A stretch of DNA of 55,611 nt from Prorocentrum cordatum. Its lineage: Eukaryota. The position numbers were made by a program, and so were the translations under genes. Below, piece after piece: positions 51,895 to 55,611 of the stretch. The notes under the pieces were generated by a model. That model saw only the letters and a program-made list of their open reading frames with translations, was not told where the DNA came from and ran no database searches. The stretch is taken from contig CAUYUJ010000149.1 of assembly GCA_963575745.1 (NCBI GenBank), positions 62,001 to 117,611 of the forward strand, in the 5' to 3' direction. Each line of letters opens with the position of its first letter. Positions within the stretch are counted from its first letter, which is position 1.

Positions 51895-53155
51895 CCAAGC
51901 GCTCCCAAGCGCTCCCAGGCGCTCCCATGTGCGCCCAGAAGCGCTTAGAGCGCCCCACACGTGTTTTTACGTGTCGGAGACATGTAGAGCGACATCCGAA
52001 GACGAAAGGTCCCCGGGTTTAGGGTGTTGTACTCTTCGAAGATCAAGCATGGTTTATCTTTGCATCGTAGATCCCCAAGCGTGGGGTTAGGTAGCCCTAG
52101 GCTACCAGGACGACCCAGTCGGGCAACCAGCTGAAGCATCTCAGAGAAGCCCTGTCTCTCGTAGACGGCGACGGTGATGCGCGGTGGGGTGGGCAGAAGC
52201 ACAACGAGGTGCTTGGGGATTTAGGGTTTAGGGTTTAGGGTTTAGGGTTTAGGGCTTCTCGCGCAGCGGCCGACAGTCCAGGCAATGCTGCCCCCCCTTC
52301 GGCAAGCTTGATTGGGGGGGCGGTTAGCCGACCCGAGCAAGCTTGGCGAAGGGAGCAGGAGTTGCAACATCTTCCCACCCCCGGCCGCATGGCCGGCGAC
52401 CTCCCAAACTAAAGCCTTTTAGGGTTTAGGGCCGCTGGCCCCTAAATTCCCAAATGGCCCCAAGCGCTCCCAGGCGCTCCCGGCGCTCCCAGGCGCTCTC
52501 AGGCGCTCCCAGGCGCGCCCAGGCGCTCCTCGGCACGCCCCCAGGCGCTCCCAGGCGCTCGCAGGTGCTCCCAGGCGCTCCCCGGCGCTCCCAGGCGCTC
52601 CCCAGCGCTCCCAAGCGCTTCCCGGCGCTCCCAGGCGCTGCCGCGCTCCCAGGCGCTCCCAAGCGTTCCCAGGTGCACCCAGGCGCTCCCAGGCGCTCCT
52701 CCCAGGCGCTCCCCGGCGCTCCCAGGCGCTCCCCGGCGCTCCCGCCCAGGCGCTCCCAGGCGCTTCCCAAGCGCTCCCAAGCGCTCCCAGGCGCTCCCAG
52801 GCGCTCCCAAGCGCTCCCAAAGCGCTTCCAGGCGCTCCCAAGTGCGCCCAGAAGCGCTTGAAGCGCCCTACACGTGTTTTTACGTGTCGGAGACATGTAG
52901 AGCACCATCAGAGGACGAAAGGTCGCCGGGTTTAGGGTGTTGTATTCTTCGAAGATCAAGCATGGTTTATCTTTGCATCGTAGATCCCCAAGCGTGGGGT
53001 TAGGTAGCCCTAGGCTACCAGGACGACCCAGTCGGGCAACCAGCTGAAGCATCTCAGAGAAGCCCTGTCTCTCGTAGACGGCGACGGTGATGCGCGGTGG
53101 GTGGGCAGATGCACAACGAGGTGCTTGGGAATTTAAGGTTTAGGTTTAGGGTTTA
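49626..53155. repeat. Three tandem composite modules (cassette A + 10-bp satellite + cassette B + telomere tract)
   Basis: Units at 49626-51266, 51267-52254 and 52255-53155. Cassette A is nearly identical in all three. Cassette B is near-identical in copies 2 and 3 and diverged in copy 1. Confidence 0.92.
50642..51000. repeat. 73-bp tandem repeat, 5 copies
   Basis: aagagcacg anchor at 50643, 50715, 50788, 50861 and 50934. Copies are nearly identical with no spacers. Confidence 0.97.
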
Positions 53156-54294
53156 CACAACGTATTAGCGTCTGCGGACCTCGCGGCGGTGCCAATTGGT
53201 CTGCGCTATCGCCGAGAGCGCTTCCGTGCGCGCCCGCTCGAAGATCGCGTTCCTGCGCGGCGGCTGTCTCCCAGACGTCCCAGAAGCGCCCATTGCGCGC
53301 CATTCGCGCGTGCCCGATCGCAGGCGCTGCGCCTGCTGCGGAGCGCGCTCCGCGCGCTTCTAGCCGCGTCGCGACGCGGGCGCGAAATGCAGCGACTGCG
53401 GCATTCCCGCCAGCTGCGAAGCACGCTGCGCGCGCTCCTGGGAGCGCCTGGGAGCACTTGGGAGCGTGCCGGGAGCGTGCCGGGAGCGCCTGGGAGCACC
53501 CGGGAGCGTGCCGGGAGCGCCCGGGAACGCTTGGGAGCGCCTGGGAGCGTGCCGGGAGCGTGCCGGGAGCGTGCCGGGAGCGCCTGGGAGCGCCTGAGAG
53601 CCCCTGGGAGCACTGGGATCGCTTGAGAGCGCCTGGGAGCGTGCCGGGAGCGTGCCGGGAGCGTGCCGCGAGCGCTTGGGAGCGCCCGGGAGCGTGCCGG
53701 GAGCGCCCGGGAGCGCCTGGGGGCGCTTGGGAGCGTGCTGGGAGCGTGCCGGGAGCGTGCCGGGAGCGCCTGGGAGCGCCCGGGAGCGTGCCGGGAGCGC
53801 CCGGAAGCGCCTGGGAGCGCTTGGGAACGCTTGAGAGCGCGCCGGAAGCGTTTGGGAGCGCATGGGAGCCCCTGCCTGGGAGCGCGTCGGGGCGCCTGGG
53901 AGCTTCGAGACCGCCTGGGAGCGCCTGGGAGCGTGCCGGGAGCGCCTGCGAGCGCCTGGGAGCGTGCCGGCGTGCCGTTCCGGAGCCATTCCGCTCGCGC
54001 CGGCTCGCTCGGAGCGTAAGATATTGTTGGCGCGCCCATCAGGCGCTCGCGCAAGATTGCGCCGTGCTCGCTTACATCGTTCGGCATGGTATCGTTTCAC
54101 TGTATTTCGCAATGGCACCATTCGAGCTTGCTCAATACGTGGTGTTTTTCGTCTTGAGGGTTTAGGGTTTAGGGTTTAGGTTTACACTACGTATCAGGGT
54201 CTGCGGGGTGTGCTGCGGGATGCTCGGTCCCCGAAATAAGACCCCGCGTAAAAACATTACGTATCGGCCCATTCGGAATGAAAAAACAACGTTT

Positions 54295-55585
54295 CGTGCG
54301 TGCCCGCTCGCACTGGATGCACTCTGGCGCGCCTCGAAAGCGCTTCCGTGCGTGCCCGCTCGCATGCAGTGCACTCTGGCGCGCCCAGAAAGTGCTTCCG
54401 TGCGTGCCCGTTCGCACGCGGCGCATTCTGGCGCGCGCCGAACTTGCTTTCGTGCGTGCCCGCTCGCACTCGGTGCACTCTGACTCGCCTGGAAAGGGCA
54501 CCCGTGCGTGCCCGCTCGCGCGCAGTGCACTCTGGCGCGCCCAGAAAGCGCTTCCGTGCGTGCCCGCTCGCACGCGGCGCATTCTGGCGCGCGCCGAACT
54601 TGCTTTCGCGCGTGCCCGCTCGCGCTCGGTGCACTCTGGCGCGCCTCGAAAGCGCACCCGTGCGTGCCCGCTCGCACGCAGTGCACTCTGGCGCGCCCAG
54701 AAAGCGCTTCCGTCCGTGCCCGCTCGCACGCGGCGCATTCTGGCGCGCGCCGAACTTGCTTTCGTGCGTGCCCGCTCGCACTCGATGCGCTCCTGCGCGC
54801 CTGGAAAGCGCACCTGTGCGTGCCCGCTCGCACGAAGTGCACTCTGGCGCGCCCAGACAGCGCTTCCGTGCGCGCCCGCTCGCACGCGGCGCATTCTGGC
54901 GCGCGCCGAACTTGCTTTCGCGCGTGCCCGCTTGCACTCGGTGCACTCTGGCGCGCCTGGAAAGCGCACCCGCGCGTGCCCGCTCGCACGCAGTGCACTC
55001 TGGCGCGCCAAGAAAACGCTTCCGTGCGTGCCCGCTCGCACGCGGCGCATTCTGGCGCGCGCCGAACTTGCTTTCGTGCGTGCCCGCTCGCACTCGGTGC
55101 ACTCTGGCGCGCCTGGAAAGCGCACCCGTGCGTGCCCGCTCGCACGCAGTGCACTCTGGCGCGCCCAGAAAGCGCTTCCGTGCGTGCCCGCTCGCACGCG
55201 GCGCACCTTGGCGCGCCCCGACAGCGCTTCCGTGCGTGCCCGCTCGCGCGCGGCGCAGTCTGGCGCGCGCCGAACTTGCTTTCGCGCGTGCCCGCTCGCA
55301 CTCGGTGCACTCTGGCGCGCCTCGAAAGCGCTTCCGTGCGTGCCCGCTCGCACGCGGTGCACTCTGGCGCGCTCAGAAAGCGCTTCCGTGCGTGCCCGCT
55401 CGCACGCGGCGCACCCTGGCGCGGCAAGAAAGTGCTTCCGTGCGCGTCCGCTTGCACGCGGCGCATTCTGGCGCGGGACGAACTTGCTTTCCTGCGTGCC
55501 CTCTCGCACGCACGCTGCGCATTCTGGCGCGGCCAGAACGCGCTTCCGTGCGTGCCCGCTCGCACGCGGCGCACTCTGGCGCGCC
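54295..55585. repeat. 52-bp satellite organised as a 156-bp (3-mer) higher-order repeat
   Basis: cgtgcgtgcccgctcgca starts at 54295, 54347, 54399, 54451 and onward. Monomer tails cycle cct(c/g)gaaagcgc / cccagaaagcgcttc / cgccgaacttgcttt. About 25 monomers. Confidence 0.95.
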
Positions 55586-55611
55586 TGGGGGCGCCTGGGA
55601 GCGTCTGGGGG

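Larger units (their letters stand above)
48610..53970. repeat. 10-bp satellite (GCGCTCCCAG / CTGGGAGCGC)n in five blocks
   Basis: GGGAGCGC orientation at ~48610-49230 and ~53435-53970. GCGCTCCC orientation at ~49830-50150, 51470-51950 and 52455-52860. Confidence 0.92.
47822..54184 (+). repeat. Interspersed telomeric (TTTAGGG)n tracts, all G-strand on +
   Basis: Tracts at 47822-47917, 48047-48060, 49556-49625, 49793-49805, 51045-51054, 51246-51266, 51433-51446, 52015-52024, 52220-52254, 52418-52431, 52928-52937, 53132-53155 and 54158-54184. Confidence 0.95.

Noticed and set aside
47912..53970. RSQALPGAP / LGAPGSAWER repeat proteins
   Set aside because: They are translations of the 10-bp satellite in multiple frames and on both strands.
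54162..55574. 470-aa and 440-aa repeat-protein ORFs
   Set aside because: A stop-free 52-bp GC-rich monomer is open in all minus frames and the same peptides rotate among frames, as expected for a satellite.

Overview
GC-rich, repeat-dominated eukaryotic DNA. A dinoflagellate origin is inferred from plant-type TTTAGGG telomere repeats, dinoflagellate-style Copia/LINE remnants and AG|G acceptors with GC/GT donors. No intact long gene, rRNA, tRNA or CRISPR array is visible, and most ORFs in the track are artefacts of microsatellites and satellites. Left to right: (i) 0.6-6.5 kb decayed minus-strand ORF block; (ii) 7-13 kb microsatellites and degenerate satellites; (iii) 13.7-19 kb candidate minus-strand multi-exon gene whose inferred introns hold MITEs and arrays, plus a PP2C-like terminal exon at 23.7 kb; (iv) 27-33.7 kb decayed LINE RT abutting a decayed Ty1/Copia; (v) 100-N gap; (vi) 35-41 kb LINE fragment, several TA-flanked MITEs and candidate plus-strand exons; (vii) 41.6-47.5 kb near full-length decayed APE-type LINE; (viii) 47.8-55.6 kb subtelomere-like region with co-oriented TTTAGGG tracts, three tandem modules bounded by telomere-heptamer inverted repeats and carrying hairpin-rich cassettes, a 10-bp satellite, a 73-bp array and a 3x52-bp higher-order satellite. 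The strongest leads are the telomere-bounded structured modules and an apparent T:A to C:G bias in how the transposons have decayed.
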